DNA of 64,000 bases, taken from Planctomycetota bacterium. Lineage in GTDB: Bacteria; Planctomycetota; Phycisphaerae; WQYP01. The stretch covers positions 23,045 to 87,044 of the forward strand of contig JAJZJL010000001.1 in assembly GCA_021810145.1 (NCBI GenBank), written 5' to 3'. This document shows positions 28,333 to 38,352 of this stretch, piece after piece (position 1 is the first letter of the stretch; the number at the start of each line of letters is the position of its first letter). A model generated the notes under the pieces. The model saw only the letters and a program-made list of their open reading frames with translations. It was not told where the DNA came from and ran no database searches. The translations under genes and the position numbers were made by a program.

Positions 28333-28427
28333 AACTGTTATTCCTTCGTGTTGTTGAGTTTCAACTTCAATTAACCCACGCAGGTACGGCACACACACTT
28401 GGCACTACCGTACGCGTTCGCCAACGC

Positions 28428-29444
28428 TCAGACCTGGTATGCCCCATAGGGGTTGGCGTAAATATCCGACCACACCTCCGTGTTATCCGGATATGGATCC
28501 GCGTCGGCCTTCTCATGGGCCGCTTCCACCTGGGCATGGATTTCATCACTGATCTGGGTTACTTTTTTATCGTCGAGAACGTGTGCGTCTTTGAGTTGTT
28601 TTTCGAGCCGACCGATGGGGTCGTGTTCCTGATATTGTGCCACTTCTTCTTTGGTTCGGTATTTCTGGGGGTCGGACATGCTGTGGCCGCGATAGCGATA
28701 GGTTTTGACATCCAGGAAAATGGATCCGTTACCCTTCCGGCAATATTCCGCCGCCGCCACCATCATCCGATACATTGCCACACAATCCATGCCGTCAACA
28801 TCTTTGCCGGGAATACCGTAGGCATCACCTGTACGCAACTTCAGATCGGTAACGGCCGAGGCCCGGTGCAGGTGCGTACCCATACCGTAGCCATTGTTTT
28901 CCACCATGAAAATAATCGGCAGTTTAAAAAGTCCCGCCAGGTTCAGAGCCTCATGGAATGAACCTTGATTAATGGCTCCATCACCGAAATAGCACAGCAC
29001 CACCCGGTCTTCCTTGCGGTACTTGGCCGCCCAACCCAGGCCCGTCGCCAGAGGAATGTGTGCCCCGACAATCGCATGGCCGCCGAAGAAATTCTTCTCG
29101 GTATCAAAAAAGTGCATTGACCCGCCCTTGCCGTGGGAGCAACCGGTCTTTTTCCCGTAGAGTTCGGCAAACAGCGGATGAATATCCATCCCGCGGGCAA
29201 TGGCGTGGCCATGATCCCGATAGGCGGTAATAACGTAATCCGAGGGACGAACCGCCGCGATGCTGCCCACCGCAACCGCTTCCTGTCCGACGTACAAATG
29301 GCAGAAACCGCCGATTTTTTGCTGTTGGTACGATTGGGCACAGCGCATTTCAAACGCCCGGATCAGCACCATCTGACGGTACCAATCCATCATTTGCGAG
29401 GGAGAGGGATCAATTTTCTGCTGCGGCTCAACCAAAGTTGTCAC
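28428..29444 (-). CDS. pdhA: pyruvate dehydrogenase E1 component alpha subunit (probable GTG start)
   Basis: YRQMVLIRAFE...GFCHLYVGQEAVAVG...TPP-binding GDGAINQG motif; an AAAAGG RBS precedes the GTG at 29444. Confidence 0.8.
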   Translation of the reverse strand: MTTLVEPQQKIDPSPSQMMDWYRQMVLIRAFEMRCAQSYQQQKIGGFCHLYVGQEAVAVGSIAAVRPSDYVITAYRDHGHAIARGMDIHPLFAELYGKKTGCSHGKGGSMHFFDTEKNFFGGHAIVGAHIPLATGLGWAAKYRKEDRVVLCYFGDGAINQGSFHEALNLAGLFKLPIIFMVENNGYGMGTHLHRASAVTDLKLRTGDAYGIPGKDVDGMDCVAMYRMMVAAAEYCRKGNGSIFLDVKTYRYRGHSMSDPQKYRTKEEVAQYQEHDPIGRLEKQLKDAHVLDDKKVTQISDEIHAQVEAAHEKADADPYPDNTEVWSDIYANPYGAYQV

Positions 29445-29641
29445 TGACACACCTTTTCCATTCAAAGCCAAAATAAGCCCTCCACACGAAAAGCCCCGAA
29501 AACCGGCGCCTACGTGGAAAAGTAACGCCTCAAAATAACCTCGCATCCGCGTTGGAGTTGCCATTGCCTGAGGCACAAAGGCACTCCAAGCGGTTTATTT
29601 TAGTGAATCGCAGGGATTCCGCCAAGCGATTTATTCCCATA

Positions 29642-30037
29642 TCATGATTTTTCTTTTCCACGATAAATACATCGACTGGTACAGGTTTCGTGAACCGTAA
29701 TTTGCGCCATTTGCGGCAGCCGGTCTTTCAAGCGTATCCATATCCAGCGAGCGAGGTTCTCACTGGTGGGATTTTCCAGACCCGGAATGTCGTTAAGATA
29801 GCGGTGATCCAACTGATCCATCAACGGGGCAAAGGCCTGCTGCACGTCCGCAAAATCCATTAACCACCCCAATTCGGGATTTACCGGACCCGCAACATGC
29901 ACTTCAATGCGAAAGGAGTGCCCATGCAAACGGGCACACTTATGATCAGCCGGTACGCGCGGCAGCCGATGAGCGGCCTCAAAACGGAACTCCTTCACCA
30001 GATCAATTTCAAAACTTTGGGACTTCTTCTTTTCCAT
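29642..30037 (-). CDS. queD: 6-carboxy-5,6,7,8-tetrahydropterin synthase (QueD/PTPS family)
   Basis: FRFEAAHRLP...CARLHGHSF zinc-binding motifs. Confidence 0.8.
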   Translation of the reverse strand: MEKKKSQSFEIDLVKEFRFEAAHRLPRVPADHKCARLHGHSFRIEVHVAGPVNPELGWLMDFADVQQAFAPLMDQLDHRYLNDIPGLENPTSENLARWIWIRLKDRLPQMAQITVHETCTSRCIYRGKEKS

Positions 30038-30300
30038 AATCAGAGTTTACCGGAAAATGTCCGCAGGCCAAGCGCTGGAGTCTGTGAACCCTGCAGACCG
30101 GCGGACGCAGCCTCATGGCGTACCCGCACGCCCGCTTTTGCATGTGCACGGCGGGCGTCATACCGCCGTGGCGGACATCGGTTGCCCGAAATCCTCCAGA
30201 AAAAGGAAAATCGACAGGGTTGAATTTTCTCTCTAATCATGGTAGAGCCTGTAAATGGAGAACCGGCAAAGATGTAATATTGCCAATATGAAGGTTTTAG

Positions 30301-31566
30301 ATGGGAAAAAAAATGCCGCAGCTTCCAGTACATTTAAAAGTTCCGACTACCACTGTTGCGCCAGCAACCGCGCCGGCCAAGCATCATTCGCTGGGGAGCC
30401 TGCTGACCCATCTGACCAGTCAAATTCGGCTTGGAGATTTAATCAGTCAGAATCATTATTACAATTGGATTATTCTTCTGGCGTGCATTTTTATCGGAGT
30501 TGCCGCCGGACGCCTTGCGGCGTTCGCGTTACAGCGCGCCGGCAAGTCACTGGAATCACGTCGTTGGCATTTCCAGTCGCTGCTGATCGCGGGTGCGGCA
30601 GGGCCGGGCAATCTCTTCCTGTTCACCGTATTTCTCCTGACGGGACTGGGCCAACTGCACATGGCCCCGACGCTGCGGGAAATATGTGGAAGAGCCATTT
30701 TACTATTGTCGGCGGTGGTGTTTTTCTGGTACCTGTTTAATATTGTCAGCACGGTTGAATTAACGCTTAAGAAATTCATCGCCAAGCATGATACGCCGCT
30801 GACCGAGCAGATTGTTCCAATTGTGCGTAAAACACTGCGCTTATTTGTGGCCATCATCGGCTTTCTGTTTATTATGCAGGACGTGTTCGGCCGCGACATC
30901 GGTTCATGGTTGGCCGGACTGGGCATAGCAGGCTTGGCGGTATCCCTGGCCGCGCAGGACTCATTGAAGAACTTCTTCGGCTCCATTACCCTGCTGCTGG
31001 ATCGGCCATACGTCGTCGGCCAATGGATTACGTATCAGGGTTTTAGCGGCACGGTGGAGGCAATCGGATTTCGCTCCACACGGTTACGGATGTTCGACGG
31101 AACGCTGGTAACCGTCCCCAATTCGGATATTGTCAACGGCAGTGTGCAAAATTATTCTCTGCGGCCTTATATCCGCCGGCAACTGAATATCACCCTGACG
31201 TATGACACCTCGCCAACCAAAATGCGCGAGGCGGTAAAGATAATCAAGGATCTGCTGAATTCACCGGAGTTTCGCGATAATGTACATGATGCGGTGAATC
31301 CCGAGGTATTTCCTCCGCGTGTGCACTTCAGCGACTTCAACGCCGATTCACTGAATATCCAGGTATTTTACTACTACCGTCCCGCCACTGATTACTGGGG
31401 ATATATGGCTTACACGGAACGCTTTAACCTCGCCTTGATGCAGGCGTATGAACAGGCGGGAATTGAATTTGCATACCCCACGCGGACGCTGTACCTCGCA
31501 GGGGATCCAAAGCGAAAGTTACCGCTTTTCTTGAATAATGAGGCGACACCCGAACATGATTCATGA
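30301..31566 (+). CDS. mechanosensitive ion channel (MscS family)
   Basis: Multi-TM N-terminus followed by the MscS beta-domain (ITYQGFSGTVEAIGFRSTRLRMFDGTLVTVPNSDIVNGSVQNYS). Confidence 0.8.
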   Translation: MGKKMPQLPVHLKVPTTTVAPATAPAKHHSLGSLLTHLTSQIRLGDLISQNHYYNWIILLACIFIGVAAGRLAAFALQRAGKSLESRRWHFQSLLIAGAAGPGNLFLFTVFLLTGLGQLHMAPTLREICGRAILLLSAVVFFWYLFNIVSTVELTLKKFIAKHDTPLTEQIVPIVRKTLRLFVAIIGFLFIMQDVFGRDIGSWLAGLGIAGLAVSLAAQDSLKNFFGSITLLLDRPYVVGQWITYQGFSGTVEAIGFRSTRLRMFDGTLVTVPNSDIVNGSVQNYSLRPYIRRQLNITLTYDTSPTKMREAVKIIKDLLNSPEFRDNVHDAVNPEVFPPRVHFSDFNADSLNIQVFYYYRPATDYWGYMAYTERFNLALMQAYEQAGIEFAYPTRTLYLAGDPKRKLPLFLNNEATPEHDS

Positions 31567-32458
31567 CCGCAGTCATATTGACACCGAGAAATTCAATCCT
31601 GATTCAGCGCAGCTTGATGCCCTGCCCGTGCTGGATGCCGTGCGACTGATGAATCAGGAAGATCAGCGGGCGGTTGCCGCGGTGGGCCAACAGGCGGATA
31701 CTATCGCCCGGGCGGTTGAACTGGTGGCCAGCGCGTTTTGCTCCGGCGGCCGGCTCATTTATGTCGGGGCGGGCACCAGTGGTCGTTTGGGCATATTGGA
31801 TGCGGCGGAATGTCCGCCAACATTCTCCACCGATCCGGGGATGGTGATCGGCATTATCGCCGGCGGTTCAGCCGCCATACAGCGTTCCATTGAAAATGTC
31901 GAAGATGATTCAGAAGCCGGAGCGCGGGCTTTGCGCGATATTCACATCGGCAATCACGATGTGGTCGTGGGAATCGCCGCCGGCGGCACCACACCCTTTG
32001 TTCACGGCGCGATTGCCGAAGCCCGCACATGTGGGGCAAAGACGATTTTTCTCGCCTGTACCCGACGCGAACACATCACCACGGATGCCGATATGTTTAT
32101 CTGTATCGAAACCGGCCCGGAAATTCTCACCGGTTCAACCCGCCTGAAAGCCGGCACCGCCACCAAACTGGTTCTTAATACCATCAGCACTCTGGCGATG
32201 ACGCGCATCGGAAAAGTCTATGGTAATATTATGGTGGACGTGGACTGCCTGAAAAACAGTAAGCTTATTGATCGTGCGGTACGCATTATCATGCGTATTA
32301 CCGGTATCAATCGCACCGACGCCACTGAATTACTGCAGCAGTCCCGGGGGAACGTGAAGCGTGCTGTCGTCATGCGCGTGCGGCACTGCGACGCGGCAAC
32401 CGCCGATCAATTGTTGACCGCATCAGAAGGCCAACTCCGCCAGATTATCGGGACATGA
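31556..32458 (+). CDS. murQ: N-acetylmuramic acid 6-phosphate etherase
   Basis: SIS domain; RLIYVGAGTSGRLGILDAAECPPTF is a MurQ hallmark; start at MIHDRSHID. Confidence 0.8.
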   Translation: MIHDRSHIDTEKFNPDSAQLDALPVLDAVRLMNQEDQRAVAAVGQQADTIARAVELVASAFCSGGRLIYVGAGTSGRLGILDAAECPPTFSTDPGMVIGIIAGGSAAIQRSIENVEDDSEAGARALRDIHIGNHDVVVGIAAGGTTPFVHGAIAEARTCGAKTIFLACTRREHITTDADMFICIETGPEILTGSTRLKAGTATKLVLNTISTLAMTRIGKVYGNIMVDVDCLKNSKLIDRAVRIIMRITGINRTDATELLQQSRGNVKRAVVMRVRHCDAATADQLLTASEGQLRQIIGT

Positions 32459-32587
32459 TCCCACATCTGATCAACGCCCCGCACGCTTCGCATCGCAATT
32501 ATCCGAAAAAAAAAATTCTTTTTTTTCCTGTCCATGGGGTTGACATGCGTCGGTAATTTTATTAAAAGCGGTTTAAGGACAACCATG

Positions 32588-32633
32588 CGACGAAGATTCG
32601 TCGTGGTGAATCGCGAAATATATATTTCGCGAT
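32588..32633. promoter_or_regulatory. two palindromes upstream of ectA: CGACGAA-ga-TTCGTCG (32588-32603) and a perfect 24-bp ATCGCGAAATAT|ATATTTCGCGAT (32610-32633); candidate operator(s) of the ect promoter
   Basis: Read directly from the sequence; located about 175-220 nt upstream of the ectA ATG in a 350-nt leader. Confidence 0.45.
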
Positions 32634-32807
32634 TGCTGCGCAGGCGGTGTGGCGAATAGCACCGACTTTCCGGTTGTCCCCAAAAAATAAGAAAAGGCAG
32701 GATCCTCGGTACGGGATCATGTTATTGTTGCGGCGATTCGCATTTTGCCATCGCTGTATCGTTATTGCGTTTTTTCGAGTTGCTGCTGTGGAGGCGATTT
32801 GAACATC

Positions 32808-33377
32808 ATGGAATTAGTTCCCCCCGCAACCAATGCTCAACTGCGCCATGGCGCGGCGGTCGTACGCCGGCCGCTGCTGACCGACGCCGCCGCCATTCAC
32901 GGGCTTGTTGAGGACTCCGAAACGCTGGATATGAACTCCCGATATTTGTATCTGCTGTTATGCCGTGATTTTGCGCTGACAAGTCGCGTAGCGGAAATAA
33001 ATGGCGAGGTAATCGGATTTGTCACGGCGTATATTCCACCGGATCAGCCGAATGTGCTGTTTATCTGGCAGATCGCCGTTGCTCCAAGCCATCGCGGATG
33101 CGGCGTAGCAATGCGGATGCTGACGGATTTGCTGGCTGGCCTGCCGGAATCGCAGTCATTTACAATTGAGGCAACCATCACACCATCCAATATCGCGTCG
33201 CAGAATGTTTTTAAATCTCTGGCCCGCAGACTGGGCTGTGAGATACGGTCCGGTGACGGCTTTAATGAAGCATTATTCGCACCGGAGGCGCATGAAGCGG
33301 AACGCATGTTTTACATCGGACCGCTGGTAATCGGACCGGATAAATTGGGTGTACAAAAGAAGGAAGTAAAACCATGA
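32808..33377 (+). CDS. ectA: L-2,4-diaminobutyrate acetyltransferase
   Basis: GNAT fold with EctA-like blocks; first gene of the ectABCD cluster; start at MELVPPATN. Confidence 0.8.
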   Translation: MELVPPATNAQLRHGAAVVRRPLLTDAAAIHGLVEDSETLDMNSRYLYLLLCRDFALTSRVAEINGEVIGFVTAYIPPDQPNVLFIWQIAVAPSHRGCGVAMRMLTDLLAGLPESQSFTIEATITPSNIASQNVFKSLARRLGCEIRSGDGFNEALFAPEAHEAERMFYIGPLVIGPDKLGVQKKEVKP

Positions 33378-34690
33378 CAACTATTTTTGATTCACATGAG
33401 TCCAAGGTTCGCAGCTATTGCCGTGCGTTTCCCGCCGTTTTTAAAAACGCCGTTGGCGCAGAACTCTTTGATGAGTCCGGCCGGCGTTACATTGACTTTT
33501 TCGCCGGTGCCGGAACGCTCAATTATGGACACAACAATCCGTTGATCAAGCGACGAATACTGGATTACATCCAACAAGACGGCATCATTCACGGCCTGGA
33601 TCTGCATACAACCGCCAAGCGGGCATTTCTGGAAACGTTTGAAAATATTATTCTTCGTCCGCGCCATCTGAATTATAAAATTCAGTTTCCCGGCCCCACC
33701 GGCACCAACGCCGTGGAAGCCGCGATGAAATTAGCCCGTAAAGTGACCGGGCGCAATGGAATTGTCGCCTTTACCAATGGCTATCACGGCATGACGGCCG
33801 GCGCGCTGGCCGCAACCGGTAACACCTATCATCGGCAAGTCAGTGGCAGCCTGCTCAATGGCGTGACATTCGCTCCCTACGACGGATACTTTGGTCCCGA
33901 TGTTGATACGATCCAGTATCTGCGCAAACTCATCGAAGATGACAGCAGCGGCCTTGATAAGCCGGCCGCGGTCTTATTGGAAACGGTTCAGGGTGAAGGC
34001 GGCGTGAATGTTGCATCGTTCAAATGGCTGCAGCAGATTGAATCGCTGTGCCGGGAACATGACATTCTGCTGATTGTTGATGACATTCAGGCCGGCTGCG
34101 GCCGCACCGGCACTTTCTTCAGCTTCAAGCCAGCCGGCATCACACCTGATATTGTTACATTATCCAAGTCCATCGGCGCTTATGGTCTGCCGATGTCTCT
34201 GGTGCTGATGAAACCGGAGTTGGATTGCTGGGAGCCTGGCGAGCACAACGGCACGTTTCGAGGCAATAATCTGGCATTTGTTGCCGCTACTGAAGCCATC
34301 CGCATCTATTGGACGGATAACACGCTGAGTCTGGCCATTCAACATAAAGCCCATTTGTTGCGGCGACGGCTTCGGAAACTCTGCGATGAATTTCCCGCCC
34401 ATGGCTTGACGGTGCGCGGTAGAGGATTGTTTGTCGGCATGGCCTTTGAACAATTTCCGCAGCTCGCCCGGCAGGTTTCGGCGGAAGCATTCCAACGTGG
34501 CGTGATTCTTGAAACCTGCGGTGCCCGCGATCAGGTTATTAAATTCCTGCCGCCACTGATCATTGAAGAAACCATGCTCGATGAAGGCCTGGAGGTTATC
34601 TCAGATTCACTGCGCACGGTTATGCAACAGGCAAATAACAACCCCGCCGGCGGGTTGCCGGATTCCATAGCACAGGAGGTTCATCCATGA
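33374..34690 (+). CDS. ectB: diaminobutyrate--2-oxoglutarate transaminase
   Basis: Class-III aminotransferase; 4-nt overlap with ectA. Confidence 0.85.
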   Translation: MTTIFDSHESKVRSYCRAFPAVFKNAVGAELFDESGRRYIDFFAGAGTLNYGHNNPLIKRRILDYIQQDGIIHGLDLHTTAKRAFLETFENIILRPRHLNYKIQFPGPTGTNAVEAAMKLARKVTGRNGIVAFTNGYHGMTAGALAATGNTYHRQVSGSLLNGVTFAPYDGYFGPDVDTIQYLRKLIEDDSSGLDKPAAVLLETVQGEGGVNVASFKWLQQIESLCREHDILLIVDDIQAGCGRTGTFFSFKPAGITPDIVTLSKSIGAYGLPMSLVLMKPELDCWEPGEHNGTFRGNNLAFVAATEAIRIYWTDNTLSLAIQHKAHLLRRRLRKLCDEFPAHGLTVRGRGLFVGMAFEQFPQLARQVSAEAFQRGVILETCGARDQVIKFLPPLIIEETMLDEGLEVISDSLRTVMQQANNNPAGGLPDSIAQEVHP

Positions 34691-35082
34691 TTGTTCGCAC
34701 CTTAGAGGAAATTATCGACAGCCCCCGTGATACCAAGGCTCCGACATGGTGCAGCCGCCGGTTGCTGCTGAAATCGGATGGTGTCGGCTTTTCCCTGCAC
34801 GACACGCTGATTTACGCCGGAACCGAAACACTTATCTGGTACCGGAACCACATTGAAGCGGTCTATTGCATTGAAGGCACCGGAGAGGTTGAAGTGACCG
34901 ACACTGGAACGATCTATCCGATCCGCGCCGGCACACTCTATACGCTCAACGGCCATGAGCGCCATCTGCTTCGGGCAAAAACCCAGATGCGCATGATCTG
35001 CGTATTTAATCCGCCGCTGACCGGCAATGAAGTCCATGATAAGCAGGGTGTATATCCACTGGAAACCGTGGACGCATCGTAG
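34687..35082 (+). CDS. ectC: L-ectoine synthase
   Basis: MIVRTLEEI...cupin EctC family; 4-nt overlap with ectB. Confidence 0.85.
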   Translation: MIVRTLEEIIDSPRDTKAPTWCSRRLLLKSDGVGFSLHDTLIYAGTETLIWYRNHIEAVYCIEGTGEVEVTDTGTIYPIRAGTLYTLNGHERHLLRAKTQMRMICVFNPPLTGNEVHDKQGVYPLETVDAS

Positions 35083-35134
35083 CGTCCGGGATCGGCGGAG
35101 ACTTCATCACACACTTTTTTCAGGAGACACCAGC

Positions 35135-36052
35135 ATGCAAGTACTTGAAGATATCTATCCTTCCCGCGTTTATGACCAGCCACGTATTACCTTGCGGCGC
35201 GATCCGGTTGTCTGGGCTGAAAGCAGCCGCGCGACAGCCGGCCCGCTGAGCGATCAGCAGATTGCGGAGTTCGTGGAGCGCGGCCACCTGTTTTTACCCG
35301 AGTTGTTCGATGCCGCGGAGGTCAAGCTCCTGCTGGATGACATCACGGCGCTCGGAAAGGACCGGGAAATTCAGCAAAGCCCGGCCTGCATTTACGAACC
35401 CTCACATGGCATTGTTCGCTCTCTGTTTAATATTCACAGCGTCAGCGATCTTTTTAACCGTCTGGTTGCCGACCGGCGGATAGCCACGGCGGCAATGCAG
35501 ATTTTGGGATCCGGTGTTTACATTCATCAATCACGTGTAAATCTGAAGCCCGGATTTCATGGAGAACAGTTTTACTGGCATTCTGATTTTGAAACCTGGC
35601 ACGTTGAGGACGGCATGCCACGCATGCGGGCGATCAGTTGTTCCATCCTTCTGACCGACAACAACCCATTTAACGGCCCGTTAATGATTGTTCCCGGTTC
35701 ACACACCAAGTTTGTCAGTTGCGTTGGAAAAACGCCGGAGGAACACTATAAGCAGTCGCTGCGCAAGCAGGAGTACGGGGTGCCGGATACCGACAGTCTG
35801 ACACAATTGGTCAAAGACGGGGGAATTGTGGCTCCAGTCGGAAAGGCCGGATCGGTGCTGTTTTTTGACTGCAATGTCATGCACGGCTCGTCCGGTAACA
35901 TCAGCCCATGGCCGCGGAGCAATATGTTTTGTGTTTATAACAGCGTGGAAAACACTCTGGTGGAACCCTATGGCGGCACCGCCCCACGGCCGGAGTTTAT
36001 CGCGGCGCGGCGGATTAAACCCGTGGTGCCGGTGGATTGTTTTCATTCCTGA
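35135..36052 (+). CDS. ectD: ectoine hydroxylase
   Basis: Contains the EctD consensus signature FYWHSDFETWHVEDGMP plus the 2-His-1-carboxylate dioxygenase motif; CAGGAG RBS before the ATG at 35135. Confidence 0.85.
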   Translation: MQVLEDIYPSRVYDQPRITLRRDPVVWAESSRATAGPLSDQQIAEFVERGHLFLPELFDAAEVKLLLDDITALGKDREIQQSPACIYEPSHGIVRSLFNIHSVSDLFNRLVADRRIATAAMQILGSGVYIHQSRVNLKPGFHGEQFYWHSDFETWHVEDGMPRMRAISCSILLTDNNPFNGPLMIVPGSHTKFVSCVGKTPEEHYKQSLRKQEYGVPDTDSLTQLVKDGGIVAPVGKAGSVLFFDCNVMHGSSGNISPWPRSNMFCVYNSVENTLVEPYGGTAPRPEFIAARRIKPVVPVDCFHS

Positions 36053-36087
36053 TGTAATCGCGATTGGCTGCGGGAAGGAAGTAATGC

Positions 36088-36990
36088 ATGACACGCCAGC
36101 AAAAGCTTAATGCGGTAATAGCCGTTTTCGGCATTGTCGCAACCATTGTGATCGTGCAGATTCTGCACCACGGTGTCAATCGTGCTCGCGCGGGAAGTCT
36201 GCTGGCACAATTGAGGAAACAGGGCTATGTCCGGGTGGGTTTTGCGGATGAAGCGCCGTATGCTTATATCGATTCCAACACCGGAAAACTCACCGGGGAA
36301 TCCCCGACGGATCTGCGTTATGTGATGAAAAAGCTGGGTGTCCCACATCTGAAGGGTGTGTTGACAAATTTTGGATCGCTGATTCCAGGATTGGAAGCGC
36401 ATCGATTTGATATTATTGCCGCCGGCATGTATATCACCGCTCCACGGGCACAACAGGTATTGTTCTCGAACCCGACTTTTGCAATGGGCGACGGTTTTGC
36501 GGTGAAAAGGAACAACCCGCTGAAATTGCATAGTTTTGCGGATGTTGCCAAAAATCATCATACCCGCCTGGGCGTGGTATCAGGAGCGCAGGAATATCAA
36601 TACGCCATTGAATCCGGCGTAACACCCGCTCAGATACGCGTATTTCCATCCGCCCCCACCGCATTGGCAGCCCTGCAGGCCGGAAGAATCGACGCGTACG
36701 CCGGAACGGCATTAACGGTTCGCCGTCTGGTCAAGCTGGCCAACGATCCAAATATCACGGTCGCCCGACCATTCACCAATCCGATCGTCAACGGGCACAT
36801 TGTCCAGGGGTATGGGGCCTTTGCTTTGCGTAAACGTGATACCACCCTGTGCCGGGATGTGGACAAAGTTCTTAAACAATTTGTTAACTCATCGCAACAT
36901 CTGAAATTAATTCAGCGATTCGGCTTTACCAGATCCAATTTACCTGGAGGCGTCACAGAACAGGACATCGTCCAGGGCCGGGTGAAATAA
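36088..36990 (+). CDS. ehuB: amino-acid ABC transporter substrate-binding protein, probably ectoine/hydroxyectoine-binding EhuB
   Basis: Family-3 SBP fold; immediately downstream of ectD. Confidence 0.6.
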   Translation: MTRQQKLNAVIAVFGIVATIVIVQILHHGVNRARAGSLLAQLRKQGYVRVGFADEAPYAYIDSNTGKLTGESPTDLRYVMKKLGVPHLKGVLTNFGSLIPGLEAHRFDIIAAGMYITAPRAQQVLFSNPTFAMGDGFAVKRNNPLKLHSFADVAKNHHTRLGVVSGAQEYQYAIESGVTPAQIRVFPSAPTALAALQAGRIDAYAGTALTVRRLVKLANDPNITVARPFTNPIVNGHIVQGYGAFALRKRDTTLCRDVDKVLKQFVNSSQHLKLIQRFGFTRSNLPGGVTEQDIVQGRVK

Positions 36991-37014
36991 CGTCGATATC
37001 ACGAGGCGAAATGC

Positions 37015-37665
37015 ATGCTGCACATCCTGCCCACATTGCTCCGCGGTGCTGTGGTTACCGGGGAAGTTACCCTCGGTGCGATAGTCGTGGCCAGCGTGTC
37101 GTCATCCTGTGCCGTCGCCATGCGACTCAGCGGCCTGTCGGCCCTGGATTGGCCGGCCCGTGTGTATATTGAAGTATTTCGCGGCACCTCCGCATTGATT
37201 CAGCTTTTCTGGGCATTTTACGCGCTGCCCCTGGTCTTACCGTTTCGACCGACGCCCATGACGGCAGCCATTGCGGTGCTTGGGCTTAATGGCGGAGCCT
37301 ATGGGGCCGAGATTCTGCGCGGAGCCATACTTGCTGTGCCCAAAGGGCAACAGGATGCCGCCATCGCCCTGAATTTTTCTCCGGCCACCCGGATGTTCCG
37401 CATCATACTGCCGCAGGCGTTGCCGTTGATTATTCCGCCATTGGCCAATTTATTCATTGACATGTTGAAAAACAGCGCGCTGGCCGGACTCGTTCAAGTA
37501 ACGGATATTACATTTCAATCACAAATTCTCCAGGAATCAACGCTGCGAAATGCCGAGGTATACGGTCTGGCACTGATTATCTATTTTGCCATGGCTCTGA
37601 TCCTGGCGGGCGTTATGCGATTTCTGGAACGCTGCTTCAAATTCCCGCTTGGAGCGCGCGTATGA
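37015..37665 (+). CDS. ehuC: ABC transporter permease (EhuC-like)
   Basis: Polar amino-acid ABC permease with EAA loop. Confidence 0.6.
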   Translation: MLHILPTLLRGAVVTGEVTLGAIVVASVSSSCAVAMRLSGLSALDWPARVYIEVFRGTSALIQLFWAFYALPLVLPFRPTPMTAAIAVLGLNGGAYGAEILRGAILAVPKGQQDAAIALNFSPATRMFRIILPQALPLIIPPLANLFIDMLKNSALAGLVQVTDITFQSQILQESTLRNAEVYGLALIIYFAMALILAGVMRFLERCFKFPLGARV

Positions 37666-38318
37666 CATGGAACTGGACGCTCGTCTGGCATATTCTGCCC
37701 ATGATCCTGCGAGGCACGGTCATCACTGTTGAAGCCACCGTATTGGGTATGCTGCTGGCACTGCTGCTTGGACTGATCTGGGCAGGACTGCTGTTTTTGC
37801 CCAATCGCTTCATTTTCTGGCTGGTGCGATTGATCATAGAGTTTATTCGCGACACCCCACTGCTGATTCAATTATTCTTCTGCTATTACGTGCTGCCGGA
37901 AATCGGTGTCACAATACCGGCGCTTGTTACTGGAATCACCGTGCTCGGAATTAACTACAGCGCCTATACCGCGGAAGTTTATCGCGCAGGATTGCAAAAT
38001 ATTCCCGTCGGTCAGTGGAATGCAGCCAAGGCCCTTAATTTCACGCCATGGCAAACGTTTATACGGATTATCGTGCCGCAAGCCCTGCCCCCCATTGTTC
38101 CCGCCATGGGTAACAACCTCATTGCAATGTTTAAAGACACCCCGCTGCTTTCCACCATCACCGTCATGGAAATGCTCAATAGGGCCATGATTATCGGGGA
38201 TAAGTCGTTCCATTACCTTGAGCCATTAACCTTGGTCGGGGTCTTATTTCTGCTTATGAGCCTGCTGGCGTCCGGGTTGATTGGTATTACGCAGCGGAAA
38301 CTTCTGGTGCGGCGTTAA
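37662..38318 (+). CDS. ehuD: ABC transporter permease (EhuD-like)
   Basis: Second permease; 4-nt overlap with ehuC. Confidence 0.6.
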   Translation: MTWNWTLVWHILPMILRGTVITVEATVLGMLLALLLGLIWAGLLFLPNRFIFWLVRLIIEFIRDTPLLIQLFFCYYVLPEIGVTIPALVTGITVLGINYSAYTAEVYRAGLQNIPVGQWNAAKALNFTPWQTFIRIIVPQALPPIVPAMGNNLIAMFKDTPLLSTITVMEMLNRAMIIGDKSFHYLEPLTLVGVLFLLMSLLASGLIGITQRKLLVRR

Positions 38319-38352
38319 CGGCATAATCGAATCGAATCAGGAAAACGGCAAT

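Noticed and set aside
30038-30300. preQ1 riboswitch upstream of queD
   Set aside because: The minus-strand leader does not contain the compact preQ1-I consensus hairpin with the A-rich tail that I could recognise; left unannotated.
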